From a virus (taxonomy: Duplodnaviria; Caudoviricetes): a DNA stretch of 64,000 bases. The notes beneath the pieces are model-generated. The model had not been told where the DNA came from. It did no database searches and saw nothing but the letters and a program-made list of their open reading frames with translations. This document shows, piece after piece, positions 54,097 to 63,838 of the stretch (its first letter is position 1; every line of letters starts with the position of its first letter). The stretch lies in the IMG/VR virus record IMGVR_UViG_3300021376_000006; one strand, given 5' to 3'. The translations under genes and the position numbers were made by a program.

Positions 54097-54745
54097 TGCT
54101 TATTTTTTCTTTGTGATAGTCACAGAGGTCTGTAAACATGCATTCATTGCATCTAGGACCCCGTGCTCGACAAACATACTTACCATACTCTATAAGCCAT
54201 TCATGTGCGCCCCAACGATATTGATCTGGAGTTCGTTGCTCAAGAACTTCTGCTGTTTTGTGTTCTGCCTTGGTCTTGGCAATGCCTAGCCTATTAACAA
54301 TGCGATGCACATGGGTATCCACTGCAATCGCAGGTTCATTGAATACAAAACGCATCATAATGTCTGTGCTTTTGCGTCCTACCCCTGCCAACTGCATCAA
54401 CTGTTTTCTATCGTTGGGCACAATGCCGGCGTGACGCTCTAACAATTGTTGGCTCATTAATTTGAGATTCTTGGCCTTGTTGTTGTACATGCCTGCAGGC
54501 CGAATCAATAGTTTTAGTTCATCTATGTCTAGAGCCAAAATCTCCTCAGCAGTTCTAGCTCGGGCAAACAGATTACGGCAGGCTTCTGCGGTTCTTTCGT
54601 CTTTGGTCTGAGCAGACAATGTCACACCAACCAGGCTCTTGAATGCGTTATTGTATATCTTTTCTTTGGGCGGTCTATTAGGTTTAGGATTACGAGCATG
54701 AAACCTTTCATAAACAGTGATCAGTTTTGTTTTAACCATTGTCAA
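54074..54745 (-). CDS. nth: Endonuclease III (HhH-GPD, 4Fe-4S)
   Basis: LSAQTKD, LAGVGRK, AVDTHV, CRARGPRCNEC...C. Confidence 0.95.
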   Translation of the reverse strand: MTMVKTKLITVYERFHARNPKPNRPPKEKIYNNAFKSLVGVTLSAQTKDERTAEACRNLFARARTAEEILALDIDELKLLIRPAGMYNNKAKNLKLMSQQLLERHAGIVPNDRKQLMQLAGVGRKSTDIMMRFVFNEPAIAVDTHVHRIVNRLGIAKTKAEHKTAEVLEQRTPDQYRWGAHEWLIEYGKYVCRARGPRCNECMFTDLCDYHKEKISNGSSTST

Positions 54746-55905
54746 ACCACCACACTAGACGGTGTGGTGTATCCAATCAAGATATCGTTGCCCACATCGT
54801 TAATGTCTCTGTGTCCGGTCAATGCCATAGTAGTATCTAGTTCACTATGGATAATTTCCAAACATTTTGTAACTCCTTGTTCGCCCATAGCACCAAGGCC
54901 ATGTAAAAATGCTCGGCCTATCATAGTGCCACGAGCACCTAATGCCCATGCTTTCAAAACATCTTGCCCGGATCTAATACCACTGTCCAACCATACTTCA
55001 CAATCTTTGCCCACCGCCGCTACAACACTTGGCAATGCCATGATAGTGGACACAGCACCATCCAACTGTCTGCCACCGTGATTGGACACTACTATAGCAT
55101 CTGCTCCTGTATCTCTAGCCAATTTTGCATCATCTCTGTGTAGTATGCCTTTCAGCACCAGTGGCCCGCCCCAGCGTTTTTTGATCCATTCTATGTCATG
55201 CCAGGTCATGGTGGTATCAAATTGTTCTGCGGTCCACGCAGCCAAGGATCCCATGTCTGTGACTGATTCTGTATGACCAATAATATTACCAAAGTTACGG
55301 CGTTTGGTACGCAGCATGTTCCAACACCATTTGGGTTTGGTCATCATGTTAAAAACATTTTTGGCAGTGAGTTTGGGTGGAGCACTCAGTCCATTATGGA
55401 TGTCTTTGTGACGCTGCCCCATGACTTGTAGGTCCAGTGTAAGCACAAGAGCACTGCATCCTGCCACTTTGGCTCTATCAATCAGTCTTCCAATAAAGGT
55501 TCGATCCTTCATCACATACAGTTGAAACCAAAAAGGTTTAGTGGTATGTGCAGCAACATCTTCTATAGAACAAATACTCATGGTAGACAGGCAGAAAGGC
55601 ACTCCAAATTTTTCTGCTGCTCTGGCAGCTAATATTTCACCGTCAGCGTGTTGCATGCCTGCAAACCCTGTGGGTGAAAGTGCCACAGGCATTGTGACCT
55701 TGCGGCCCAGCATGGCAGTGATCAATTTTCTATCACTGACATTTTTGGCCACACGCTGATGCAGTTTTATCTTGTCAAAATCCGTTGTGTTGGCTCTATA
55801 GGTAGACTCTGTCCAAGACCCACTGTCGCAGTAGTCATAGAACATGCGAGGTGTGCGTGATTCATGCAAACGCCGTAGATCTTCAATGCAGGTTACCACT
55901 GTCAT
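54742..55905 (-). CDS. FMN-dependent alpha-hydroxy acid oxidase/dehydrogenase (LldD/glycolate oxidase family)
   Basis: YCDSGS, PVALSPTG, WFQLY, VLKGI, VSNHGGRQLD, DSGIRSGQDV. Confidence 0.95.
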   Translation of the reverse strand: MTVVTCIEDLRRLHESRTPRMFYDYCDSGSWTESTYRANTTDFDKIKLHQRVAKNVSDRKLITAMLGRKVTMPVALSPTGFAGMQHADGEILAARAAEKFGVPFCLSTMSICSIEDVAAHTTKPFWFQLYVMKDRTFIGRLIDRAKVAGCSALVLTLDLQVMGQRHKDIHNGLSAPPKLTAKNVFNMMTKPKWCWNMLRTKRRNFGNIIGHTESVTDMGSLAAWTAEQFDTTMTWHDIEWIKKRWGGPLVLKGILHRDDAKLARDTGADAIVVSNHGGRQLDGAVSTIMALPSVVAAVGKDCEVWLDSGIRSGQDVLKAWALGARGTMIGRAFLHGLGAMGEQGVTKCLEIIHSELDTTMALTGHRDINDVGNDILIGYTTPSSVVV

Positions 55906-55906
55906 G

Positions 55907-56284
55907 CTATTTTATTCCTTTTGGCCAGGGCCATTTTTCGTCGTCGCTGAGTTCTTGATCACGTGGACTGCGATCAGGTTGTCTAAACTGTTCGTCAGTG
56001 GGACGATCAGGATATTCTTTTTGCACTGTACGCACCACTAACCATGTGACAAAAGCCATGCTGACAATAGCCAAATGACCAAACACATTATAGCCAAGGT
56101 ACATTATTTCGCCAGTGTATAAACTAAATGCCAACGCCCAAAAACAGGCCAGCCACACACTGATAATATATTTCATCTGTGCAGGTGCGTTTTTTAGTCC
56201 GTTTTTATTAGGATCTAGAAGATGATAAAAATTCCTAGCCAGGAAGAATAAAAATTTGAATAAGCTGTACATAGGGCCTTTCAA
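55907..56284 (-). CDS. Membrane hypothetical protein
   Basis: LLDPNKNGLKNAP...two TM. Confidence 0.65.
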   Translation of the reverse strand: MKGPMYSLFKFLFFLARNFYHLLDPNKNGLKNAPAQMKYIISVWLACFWALAFSLYTGEIMYLGYNVFGHLAIVSMAFVTWLVVRTVQKEYPDRPTDEQFRQPDRSPRDQELSDDEKWPWPKGIK

Positions 56285-56369
56285 AAAAAAATTTTAAAAT
56301 GATTTTTACAACACCAATAAATTGTACGATAATAATTGAATTAGGTCAAGCAATCTGGCTGTTCTTTGA

Positions 56370-57113
56370 TTATTCTATCATATAATGGTTGAAACTAAAC
56401 CATCCTTGCCATTCTGATCCCATGATAGAATATGATTGTTCGGCAACCTCTGAAGAAATTCGTTGTTTCATTCGATTGTGTGACGCCGATTCAATCATAA
56501 GTTGAACTTGACAGCTTCTTTCCATAGTTATGAACCACCAAGCAGCAGCATCTACTGTGCTACCAACAGTAAGTAAACCATGATTTTGCAGTATCGCTGC
56601 TTTGTTATTGCCCAATGCTTTGGCTATCCTTTGTCCCTCTTCCAGTTCAACTGCAACTCCACCAAAATCATGATACACAGAATGGTCATTGAAAAAAGCA
56701 CAAGCATCCTGTGTGACTATATCTAAACGTCGACCAAACACGCTCCAAGCGCGACCATAAATGCTGTGTGTATGTGCTGCTGCCATCACATCAGGTCTGG
56801 CATGGTGAACTGCATTGTGAATAGAAAATCCTGCCAGATTAATCTGTCCATTGCCATTGATAACTGAACCAGTTTCGTCAACCTGTATGAGATTACTCAC
56901 ACACACTTGACTGAAGTGACAGCCAAAAGGATTCATCCAAAATGTATTTGGAAATTCAGGATCTCGAGCAGTTATATGACCAGCCACGCCTTCATCAAAT
57001 CCAAACTTACTAAAAAGTCTAAATGCTGCGGCCAAACGCTGTTTTATATGCGATCGATGTTGATCAACATCAGAAAATACTGGTGGATTAGGCAAGTTCA
57101 TAAGATTGCTCAT
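56370..57113 (-). CDS. Class II aldolase/adducin family protein
   Basis: EGVAGHITARDP, HTHS, LQNHGLLT. Confidence 0.92.
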   Translation of the reverse strand: MSNLMNLPNPPVFSDVDQHRSHIKQRLAAAFRLFSKFGFDEGVAGHITARDPEFPNTFWMNPFGCHFSQVCVSNLIQVDETGSVINGNGQINLAGFSIHNAVHHARPDVMAAAHTHSIYGRAWSVFGRRLDIVTQDACAFFNDHSVYHDFGGVAVELEEGQRIAKALGNNKAAILQNHGLLTVGSTVDAAAWWFITMERSCQVQLMIESASHNRMKQRISSEVAEQSYSIMGSEWQGWFSFNHYMIE

Positions 57114-57149
57114 GGATTTAAACCTTTACAATTTTTTTTTACATAAAAC

Positions 57150-57377
57150 TTAACTTTGACCAAATATTCGTCTTATTACATAATTTGTATGACGATTGTC
57201 TTGGTCAAGATAACAGATTTCACACAATGCTAATTTCGGCCCATTATGCCCATCAAGAAATTTATGACAGGCAGCACAGTGAATAAACTTTTCGACAATT
57301 TGCCAGGCTTCTGTGTGCTGTGGTACTAGTTGCCAATCTTTATTCTCATGCAGCCAATAGCTCATGCACCGCCCCAT
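57150..57377 (-). CDS. Small Cys-rich protein
   Basis: CAAC...CEIC. Confidence 0.55.
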   Translation of the reverse strand: MGRCMSYWLHENKDWQLVPQHTEAWQIVEKFIHCAACHKFLDGHNGPKLALCEICYLDQDNRHTNYVIRRIFGQS

Positions 57378-57628
57378 TCATTTTTAGCCACCTCACTTGC
57401 TTTAGGTGTGTCTAATCTAGAATTTGAATTTGGTCTAATTTTTTTAAGATTTTTTTGAAATTGTTTTTTACGCCTGCGTTTTTCTAATGTGTCTATTACA
57501 AATCCGGGTAACACATGCAACACTATGTACACTCCAAACAGTATGCCCAGCACTGGTCCCCAAAATGCCATGAACGCCCATTTCAGTTTATCTATCAAAA
57601 AATATGTCTCCAACAAAAGGTATGACAA
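57362..57628 (-). CDS. Small membrane protein
   Basis: One TM plus basic tail. Confidence 0.55.
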   Translation of the reverse strand: MSYLLLETYFLIDKLKWAFMAFWGPVLGILFGVYIVLHVLPGFVIDTLEKRRRKKQFQKNLKKIRPNSNSRLDTPKASEVAKNEWGGA

Positions 57629-57683
57629 TCATTAGGCCAATGACAGTGCCAAAAAAACCAAGTATTTCAATCATAAGTTAATC

Positions 57684-57944
57684 TCAATATGTTTCAGCAT
57701 TCGGATTATACCCACGCATGTTCCATTGATACAGCTTTTGTTCGTGCCAATAAGTCTTAAAAGCTTCTTTTGTTTTAAACTTTTTCTGAAACTCCTCTGT
57801 CACAGATAAACAACTCCACAAGTCTTGACCACCCATTTCACCTTTCATGAACAAAGTGTCACAGTCCCAATAGTATTTTTCAAGTTGTTTATATGGCAAC
57901 TTAGCAGCATTCAAAGCAAGAGCAAGAGTTATTGATAGTAACAT
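57684..57944 (-). CDS. Secreted hypothetical protein, paralogue of 26124-26384
   Basis: YYWDCDTLFMKGEMGGQDL. Confidence 0.7.
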   Translation of the reverse strand: MLLSITLALALNAAKLPYKQLEKYYWDCDTLFMKGEMGGQDLWSCLSVTEEFQKKFKTKEAFKTYWHEQKLYQWNMRGYNPNAETY

Positions 57945-57959
57945 ATAACTTATTTTCTG

Positions 57960-58145
57960 TCAAGTTTTATTTTGATATCCGTCTTTCCAAGTGCATAGAA
58001 TATCCGAAACATTAGGATTTTTCATTTGTATTCGAGATTCTGCCAAGCATTCTGACGTGGTAGGATATCCTGCAATGGTCACAGGTTTCAACCCTACCAA
58101 ACCAGAATTAGTGGTGATCAACATATACACGATCAACACATACAT
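57960..58145 (-). CDS. Small secreted protein of two-Cys family (start reassigned to MYVLIV)
   Basis: Clear paralogue of 51454-51645; the track N-terminus overlaps FDH. Confidence 0.7.
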   Translation of the reverse strand: MYVLIVYMLITTNSGLVGLKPVTIAGYPTTSECLAESRIQMKNPNVSDILCTWKDGYQNKT

Positions 58146-58149
58146 GACC

Positions 58150-59349
58150 TTATCTCTTGAACTTGGCCGCTTCTTCTGACCCGCCTGTGGCATTGCCCTT
58201 GCTGTAGCTATGAGCACCCACACCTGCCAGTTGACCATTCTGCACCACCAGATATTCATTGCGTATTGGGCGACCTTCAAAATGGCATTCTAACACTTCA
58301 CGCACACCTGCGGCATAGCGTGTTTGTGCTGACAAACTGGTGCCAGAAATATGCGGTGTCATGCCATGCCAGGGCATTGAACGCCAGGGATGATCCTGTG
58401 GTGCGGGCTGCGGGAACCATACATCGCCAGCATAACCTGCTAGATGTCCACTTTCCAATGCACGGGCCACAGCATCACGATCGCATACCTTGCCACGTGC
58501 AGTGTTCACAATATAGCTGCCACGCTTCATCTTGGCAATCATGGCATCATTAAACAAGTGTTCTGTTTCTGGATGAAGTGGGCAGTTGATGGTCACAACA
58601 TCCACCACACGAACCATGCTTTCTACGCTGTCATGCCAGGTAAGGTTTAGTTCTTGTTCAACATGTGCAGGCAAACGATGACGATCAAAATAGTGTAGAT
58701 GCACATCAAATGGTTTGAGTAATCTCAATGCTCGTAATCCAATACGACCTGCTGCCACTGTGCCTACATGCATGCCTTCGATATCATAACTGCGACTTAC
58801 ACAGTCAGCAATGTTCCAGCCACCATCTACAACCTGTTTGTAACTGGGAATGTAATTGCGTACCAGACTCAACATCTGCATCACAATGTGTTCTGCCACA
58901 CTATTACTATTACAGTATGTGATTTCTGCTACAGTAATGCCACGATCCATGGCTGCTTGTAAGTCCACATGATCTGAACCAATGCCTGCTGTGAGTGCCA
59001 GTTTAAGTTTTGGTGCTCGGGCAATTCTTTCTGCTGTAAGATAAGCTGGCCAGAACGGCTGACTGATAATCACTTCAGCATCATGTAGATTGTTCTCCAA
59101 TCTACTGTTGGGTCCATCTTTGTCTGAAGTCACAACAAATTCATGACCTAAATTTTCTAAAAATTTTCTTAGACCTAAACCACCTGTAACACTGCCCAGT
59201 AGTTCACCTGGAGAGAAATCCACAGCATGTGGACTTGGAACGGTCTGTCCATCTGGGTAGTGCGTGATTGTGGGAATGCTGTCTCTTGCGTAACTTGTTG
59301 GATGACCATTTACCGGATCATCATATAAAACACATAGAACTTTAGCCAT
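58150..59349 (-). CDS. fdh: NAD-dependent formate dehydrogenase (Pseudomonas sp. 101 type)
   Basis: MAKVLCVLYDDP, ISQPFWPAY, AGIGSDH, AAGRIG, YFDRH, NTARG, PHISG. Confidence 0.97.
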   Translation of the reverse strand: MAKVLCVLYDDPVNGHPTSYARDSIPTITHYPDGQTVPSPHAVDFSPGELLGSVTGGLGLRKFLENLGHEFVVTSDKDGPNSRLENNLHDAEVIISQPFWPAYLTAERIARAPKLKLALTAGIGSDHVDLQAAMDRGITVAEITYCNSNSVAEHIVMQMLSLVRNYIPSYKQVVDGGWNIADCVSRSYDIEGMHVGTVAAGRIGLRALRLLKPFDVHLHYFDRHRLPAHVEQELNLTWHDSVESMVRVVDVVTINCPLHPETEHLFNDAMIAKMKRGSYIVNTARGKVCDRDAVARALESGHLAGYAGDVWFPQPAPQDHPWRSMPWHGMTPHISGTSLSAQTRYAAGVREVLECHFEGRPIRNEYLVVQNGQLAGVGAHSYSKGNATGGSEEAAKFKR

Positions 59350-59397
59350 TGAGCCTCCTTGAATAGATTTATTATACTATTTAATCTATTATATGAT

Positions 59398-60078
59398 CTA
59401 CAAATTTCTTTCCCAGATCACAAAAGGATCATTGACCACAATAGTGCCGTCGGGTCTGGCCATGTAATTGCCACTATGTAGATCCACTGAAAAATTGTGT
59501 TTGCGAGCAAATCTTGAAACTTCGTATACTGTCTTTAGTAGGCCATCTGCTCGTTCGGGCCCACCCAATAGGTCAATGACTTCTTGTACATCTTCAAAAT
59601 ACTTGGGATTGTAACCTGGTGAGTAATAATCTTCGGCACTGGCAAACTCAGCATAACTTTTTATTTTGTTATACGCTGCTTGTAAATTGCCTCGGCCTAT
59701 CTGTTTGGTCACTTGATCAATCTGTGCTACTAAATCTCTAACAGTGTTGGGTAATTCTTCTAGTGTTTCCATTCTGGCCTGAATATATCTTTTACCTTGA
59801 AATTCAAAACTTTCAAATCCTGAGAATCTGGGCAAGTGCGGATTGTTGCGATGCTTGTTGCAATAGTTAATCCAATCGACAAACATTCGTTGATCGGGAC
59901 TGAAATCTTGTACACCTTTACGATAACCAAACACAATATACACTTGACCGTTGGGTTCTAAATATGCATGTTTGTCTATACCACCGCCTAAATAAGTATA
60001 ACCTTTATCTGCTAATACATTTGAGATGCCTCTATGTATTGATCCGGCCATTTCTGTGGTGAAGTCCGCTGCTCTCAT
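59398..60078 (-). CDS. Protein-kinase-like fold protein with CTS-like N-terminus
   Basis: MRAADFTTE; LGGGIDKHAY (Gly loop), METL, DLHSGN, VVNDP. Confidence 0.7.
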   Translation of the reverse strand: MRAADFTTEMAGSIHRGISNVLADKGYTYLGGGIDKHAYLEPNGQVYIVFGYRKGVQDFSPDQRMFVDWINYCNKHRNNPHLPRFSGFESFEFQGKRYIQARMETLEELPNTVRDLVAQIDQVTKQIGRGNLQAAYNKIKSYAEFASAEDYYSPGYNPKYFEDVQEVIDLLGGPERADGLLKTVYEVSRFARKHNFSVDLHSGNYMARPDGTIVVNDPFVIWERNL

Positions 60079-62597
60079 CTTGCCGGCACCACCATAAATT
60101 CTCCACTGCCTAATAGGCCGTTCTGTCTCAACCAATTGGCTGCATACTGATTGGCTTCGCCTTGATTGCTACGACCAACGAAACTGTAAACTTCACGGTC
60201 GTTACGATCTAATACCAACCAGCGTGTATTACCTGGTGGTAGGCTTTCTGTGCCTTGTACCTGTTGTCTTGCCTGCATTCTTGGTCTGACATAGATAGGA
60301 TCATCAAATCCAGTTTGCTGTTGCCATCTGGCTGCATGTCTTTCAGCATCTGCTACCGCATTACCAATACCACTAACCACACCGACAACCTCGCCGGTGT
60401 TTCTACTGACGAATTCCCAAACTCCGGTAAACTCTTGATCACGGCTGGGTGTGGATCCTATATCCACAGTCTCTGGTGGATCTGGCAGTCTTGACCTTGC
60501 TACAGGTTCGGCTTCAATTCTATAAACCGTATATCCGGCCCGTTGTAAATTAGTTCTCATTACATCCACGGCAGCATCTGCATTACGGGCTGGAACAGTA
60601 ACAGCGTCATTTCTAACTTCGCCGTCGTAGGTCGCTGTGTAAGACACTCTAAAATTCTGTACTTGCGTCTGACCAGGTGGTTCTCTCCCTACAGGTTCAG
60701 GTTCGCCTAGTCTTGCTCTCACCGTAGAGGGCATTGTTTCTCTGCCGGTGTAGTCAGGATCAAGAGCCACGTTGATATCTTCGCTGGCCGCGTTGGCAAA
60801 TATGTCAGGGTGTCTTCGCATGGCCACTTGTTTGGCTTGAAACTCACTCATGGCTTTTACATATACATATACACCTTGCGAATTTCCTTCAACATACACA
60901 CGATAAAACTTATCACTTAACTCGTTCATATCTGCCGTAGTAGCAGCTCGTAAGGGCTGTGCCCGCCAACCATGTTCTTGTGCCCATTCTTCTATGCTAT
61001 AACTACCAATGCTCAATTGCCATTTTTTAATGGCTTCTACAAATGCATCCAACTGAGTCTTGCCTATCACTTCCGTGCCTTGACTTTGATATGGACTCGA
61101 AGCACTGCCGGTAACTTTCCAGACCAATAATATATCTTTGGCACCTTTGGTAAGTTTTTCAACACCACGCTTGCCCTGTATCTGTCTAACAAATGCTTTT
61201 AATGCGCTTTGTGGCAATTCGCCTGCTGCATATTTTGCAAAGTATTGAATAGTATCGTTGTCTTGGCCTTGTGATAGTGTTTTGTATAACTTTTTGTAGT
61301 ATTCTTGTTTGAATTCCTCGGGCTTGGTGGCCACATCTAAGGCCACTACTGCACGCAACATAGTGTTCTTTACATCGTCAAGATTGTCTCGTCCCAACCA
61401 GTCGCCGCCGGGACTACGGAATTCAACCCAATCACCTCTGTTGTTGATACTCGAATATTTTTGTGTTTCGCCGGTGTGCAAGATCTTGCTGGCAATATCA
61501 CTTAGTCCATTTTGAAACTGACGCATCATTTCAGACACACGCTCAGGCTCATTACGGCCTTTTTGTATGATATTTTTCAATATGCTTTTGCAGTAGGTGT
61601 TGCCTTCACGGCCAAATTGTTCTAGAATGTAGTTGTCTCCTAAGAACATGGCCAATTTAACAAAGTCTAATTTGTCTTGGTTAGGCACACTCACATTCAT
61701 ATGCAGTCCGGTACTGCTGTTGGTATATGCACCTGTGCGTTCGGCCCATTGAGCCACAGAATCAATGTCATCTAACATTTCTGATATAGTTAATGGAGGG
61801 CTAACAAATTCTAATCCGCCATCACCGGGTTCGTCGCCGTGTAGGCTTGAATCAGGTTCCACTACATAATGTCCTGGTCGTCTAGTGGCACCGTGATAAC
61901 TAGAGCTGGCATTCACAGGACGACCAATGGCATTGCTAAAATCGCCGGCAACATCGTCGATACTGACACTGCCCCTTCTACCACCGTAATCTGGTTCAGT
62001 CCAGTATGGCCATTCTAAATTATATTCATTGCCAAAGTCAGACATTGAATTGATACCTTGCCGATCTAACCATTCTTCAAACTTTGAGTCAAGGTCTTCG
62101 TTGTATTCGTCAATTATTTGATCGCGTATGCTATCTTGGTTTTCATCAAGATAATCTTCCAAAGCTTTTCTTAGTTCCTCAGGAGAATCGTAATCATCTT
62201 GATTGATATTATCAAGAGCTATTTCTCGTGCTCTTGCTACTCCGTCGGCCGAGTTTATAAAATTACCTTGATCTTCGTCGACCCAGGTGTAAAAATCATC
62301 ATTCAAGTTATCAATGGCTCTTTGTATTTCTCTTGTGCTGCTGCCCATTTCGCCGCCACGGAAGAAATCCATGATATCTCTTGTCCAACCTTGCCCGGTA
62401 GGAAACCTTTCGTCGGCATCGTAGTCAGGTTCTGATTCAAATTCATCTTCGTCATCTGTATCTGCGTTGGGTACAATCAATTCAAATTCCATGCCCACTC
62501 TGGCATCAATATTCTTGGACATCTTGGCCAGATTGCCTGGGCTCATATTGAGCTCAAACAATTCATCTTCGGTCAGTTCAAATTCTCTGGCTCTCAT
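60075..62597 (-). CDS. Putative amidoligase (COOH-NH2 ligase-like) multidomain protein with CTS-like N-terminus
   Basis: MRAREFELTE; VGMEFE, EPDSSL, GLEFVSPP, STGLHMNVS, KYSSIN, EFRSPGG. Confidence 0.7.
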   Translation of the reverse strand: MRAREFELTEDELFELNMSPGNLAKMSKNIDARVGMEFELIVPNADTDDEDEFESEPDYDADERFPTGQGWTRDIMDFFRGGEMGSSTREIQRAIDNLNDDFYTWVDEDQGNFINSADGVARAREIALDNINQDDYDSPEELRKALEDYLDENQDSIRDQIIDEYNEDLDSKFEEWLDRQGINSMSDFGNEYNLEWPYWTEPDYGGRRGSVSIDDVAGDFSNAIGRPVNASSSYHGATRRPGHYVVEPDSSLHGDEPGDGGLEFVSPPLTISEMLDDIDSVAQWAERTGAYTNSSTGLHMNVSVPNQDKLDFVKLAMFLGDNYILEQFGREGNTYCKSILKNIIQKGRNEPERVSEMMRQFQNGLSDIASKILHTGETQKYSSINNRGDWVEFRSPGGDWLGRDNLDDVKNTMLRAVVALDVATKPEEFKQEYYKKLYKTLSQGQDNDTIQYFAKYAAGELPQSALKAFVRQIQGKRGVEKLTKGAKDILLVWKVTGSASSPYQSQGTEVIGKTQLDAFVEAIKKWQLSIGSYSIEEWAQEHGWRAQPLRAATTADMNELSDKFYRVYVEGNSQGVYVYVKAMSEFQAKQVAMRRHPDIFANAASEDINVALDPDYTGRETMPSTVRARLGEPEPVGREPPGQTQVQNFRVSYTATYDGEVRNDAVTVPARNADAAVDVMRTNLQRAGYTVYRIEAEPVARSRLPDPPETVDIGSTPSRDQEFTGVWEFVSRNTGEVVGVVSGIGNAVADAERHAARWQQQTGFDDPIYVRPRMQARQQVQGTESLPPGNTRWLVLDRNDREVYSFVGRSNQGEANQYAANWLRQNGLLGSGEFMVVPAR

Positions 62598-63838
62598 TCA
62601 ATGATCTCCGGATTGTCTTTGCCATACAATTTCATAAGGTAGCCGGCCACTGCATCTGCTTCCTGTTCAATGGGAGATCCTGGATATGCTTGATCACCGT
62701 GTACTCTATTGTCTTCGTGTTGTTTTCTATGCACCAATTCATGTGCCACAGTACGCATGATATCAATCAAATTCCTATTACCAGTGTATACCCACATGAT
62801 GTCATCATTGTCGTCGTAGTATCCGGTTCTGTGTTGATCTGGACCTTCTTTGGCATCTTGGAATCTAATTCGTGGTAATTCTTGTTCAATGTTCAATTTA
62901 CGCACACACCATTGGATAAAATCACGCAGTTGATCTTCGTGTTCTTGATAGGTGCTTTCATTTAATGACAATAAATTATAATCCTGTTCAATTTTAGTCA
63001 AGCAAAATATTGCATCATCCACAGTGGCACCTACTCTATACATAAAATCTGGACCTGTATCAAAATAGGGACGACCATCTTCAATGCTGCCTTGTTTGAC
63101 TAGAACATCGCTATTAGTAATTGGAACGAACATAATCGCATCTAGTGTATTTTCATCTCTTTTTCTGGTGCATCCAAAACCGCCTTTTAGATTTGGAAGT
63201 GGTTTAGTCTTGAATCCTAACTTTGCTAGTTCAGTGGTTATGATTTTCCGAAACTTAAAAAAATCACCTGATGGTGTTGATTCTGACCCATCGTCATCAC
63301 CAGCCGGGCCTACAAATTCTTTTAAAGATTTATCGCCATCACCAGTTACTGATTTTTTTTGTATCAAGTGACTGCGGTGTAGATCATTGTTGGCTCCTAA
63401 TTTTTGAGCAATGTGTTGCCAGGCTCCGCCGCTGGCATCATCTTGTACAGTCAATGTTCTTACCGTGGGTTGATCTCTAAATTGATCTTCGAGCCTTTTA
63501 TAAATTTCATCGAGCATCTTGGTTACGATGCCAGAAAATTTGCCTGCATGAGCATCCAATACATTGATTACTAGTTCGGGTAAATCATATCCAACACTGA
63601 CTTGTAAGTAGAAGTGACCCTTGGGATCTGCTAGGCCATCATAATATTCTTGATTCTTGACATACTGACGCTTGGTGCTGGCAAACACAGGATTGTATCC
63701 ATAACTGTCGCCGGTGTACAATCTTGCCTTTGGATAGGCCGAGGACCATACATTCTCAATTATCCGTTTAACTATACCTGTGCTGTATTCTCCAGCAGTT
63801 TGTTCGGTATTTTCAGTTATAAAATCTCTAGCTCGCAT
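62594..63838 (-). CDS. Modular putative head protein with C-terminal HExxH metallopeptidase-like domain
   Basis: MRARDFITE; TVAHELVHRKQ...EQEADAVAG. Confidence 0.7.
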   Translation of the reverse strand: MRARDFITENTEQTAGEYSTGIVKRIIENVWSSAYPKARLYTGDSYGYNPVFASTKRQYVKNQEYYDGLADPKGHFYLQVSVGYDLPELVINVLDAHAGKFSGIVTKMLDEIYKRLEDQFRDQPTVRTLTVQDDASGGAWQHIAQKLGANNDLHRSHLIQKKSVTGDGDKSLKEFVGPAGDDDGSESTPSGDFFKFRKIITTELAKLGFKTKPLPNLKGGFGCTRKRDENTLDAIMFVPITNSDVLVKQGSIEDGRPYFDTGPDFMYRVGATVDDAIFCLTKIEQDYNLLSLNESTYQEHEDQLRDFIQWCVRKLNIEQELPRIRFQDAKEGPDQHRTGYYDDNDDIMWVYTGNRNLIDIMRTVAHELVHRKQHEDNRVHGDQAYPGSPIEQEADAVAGYLMKLYGKDNPEIIE

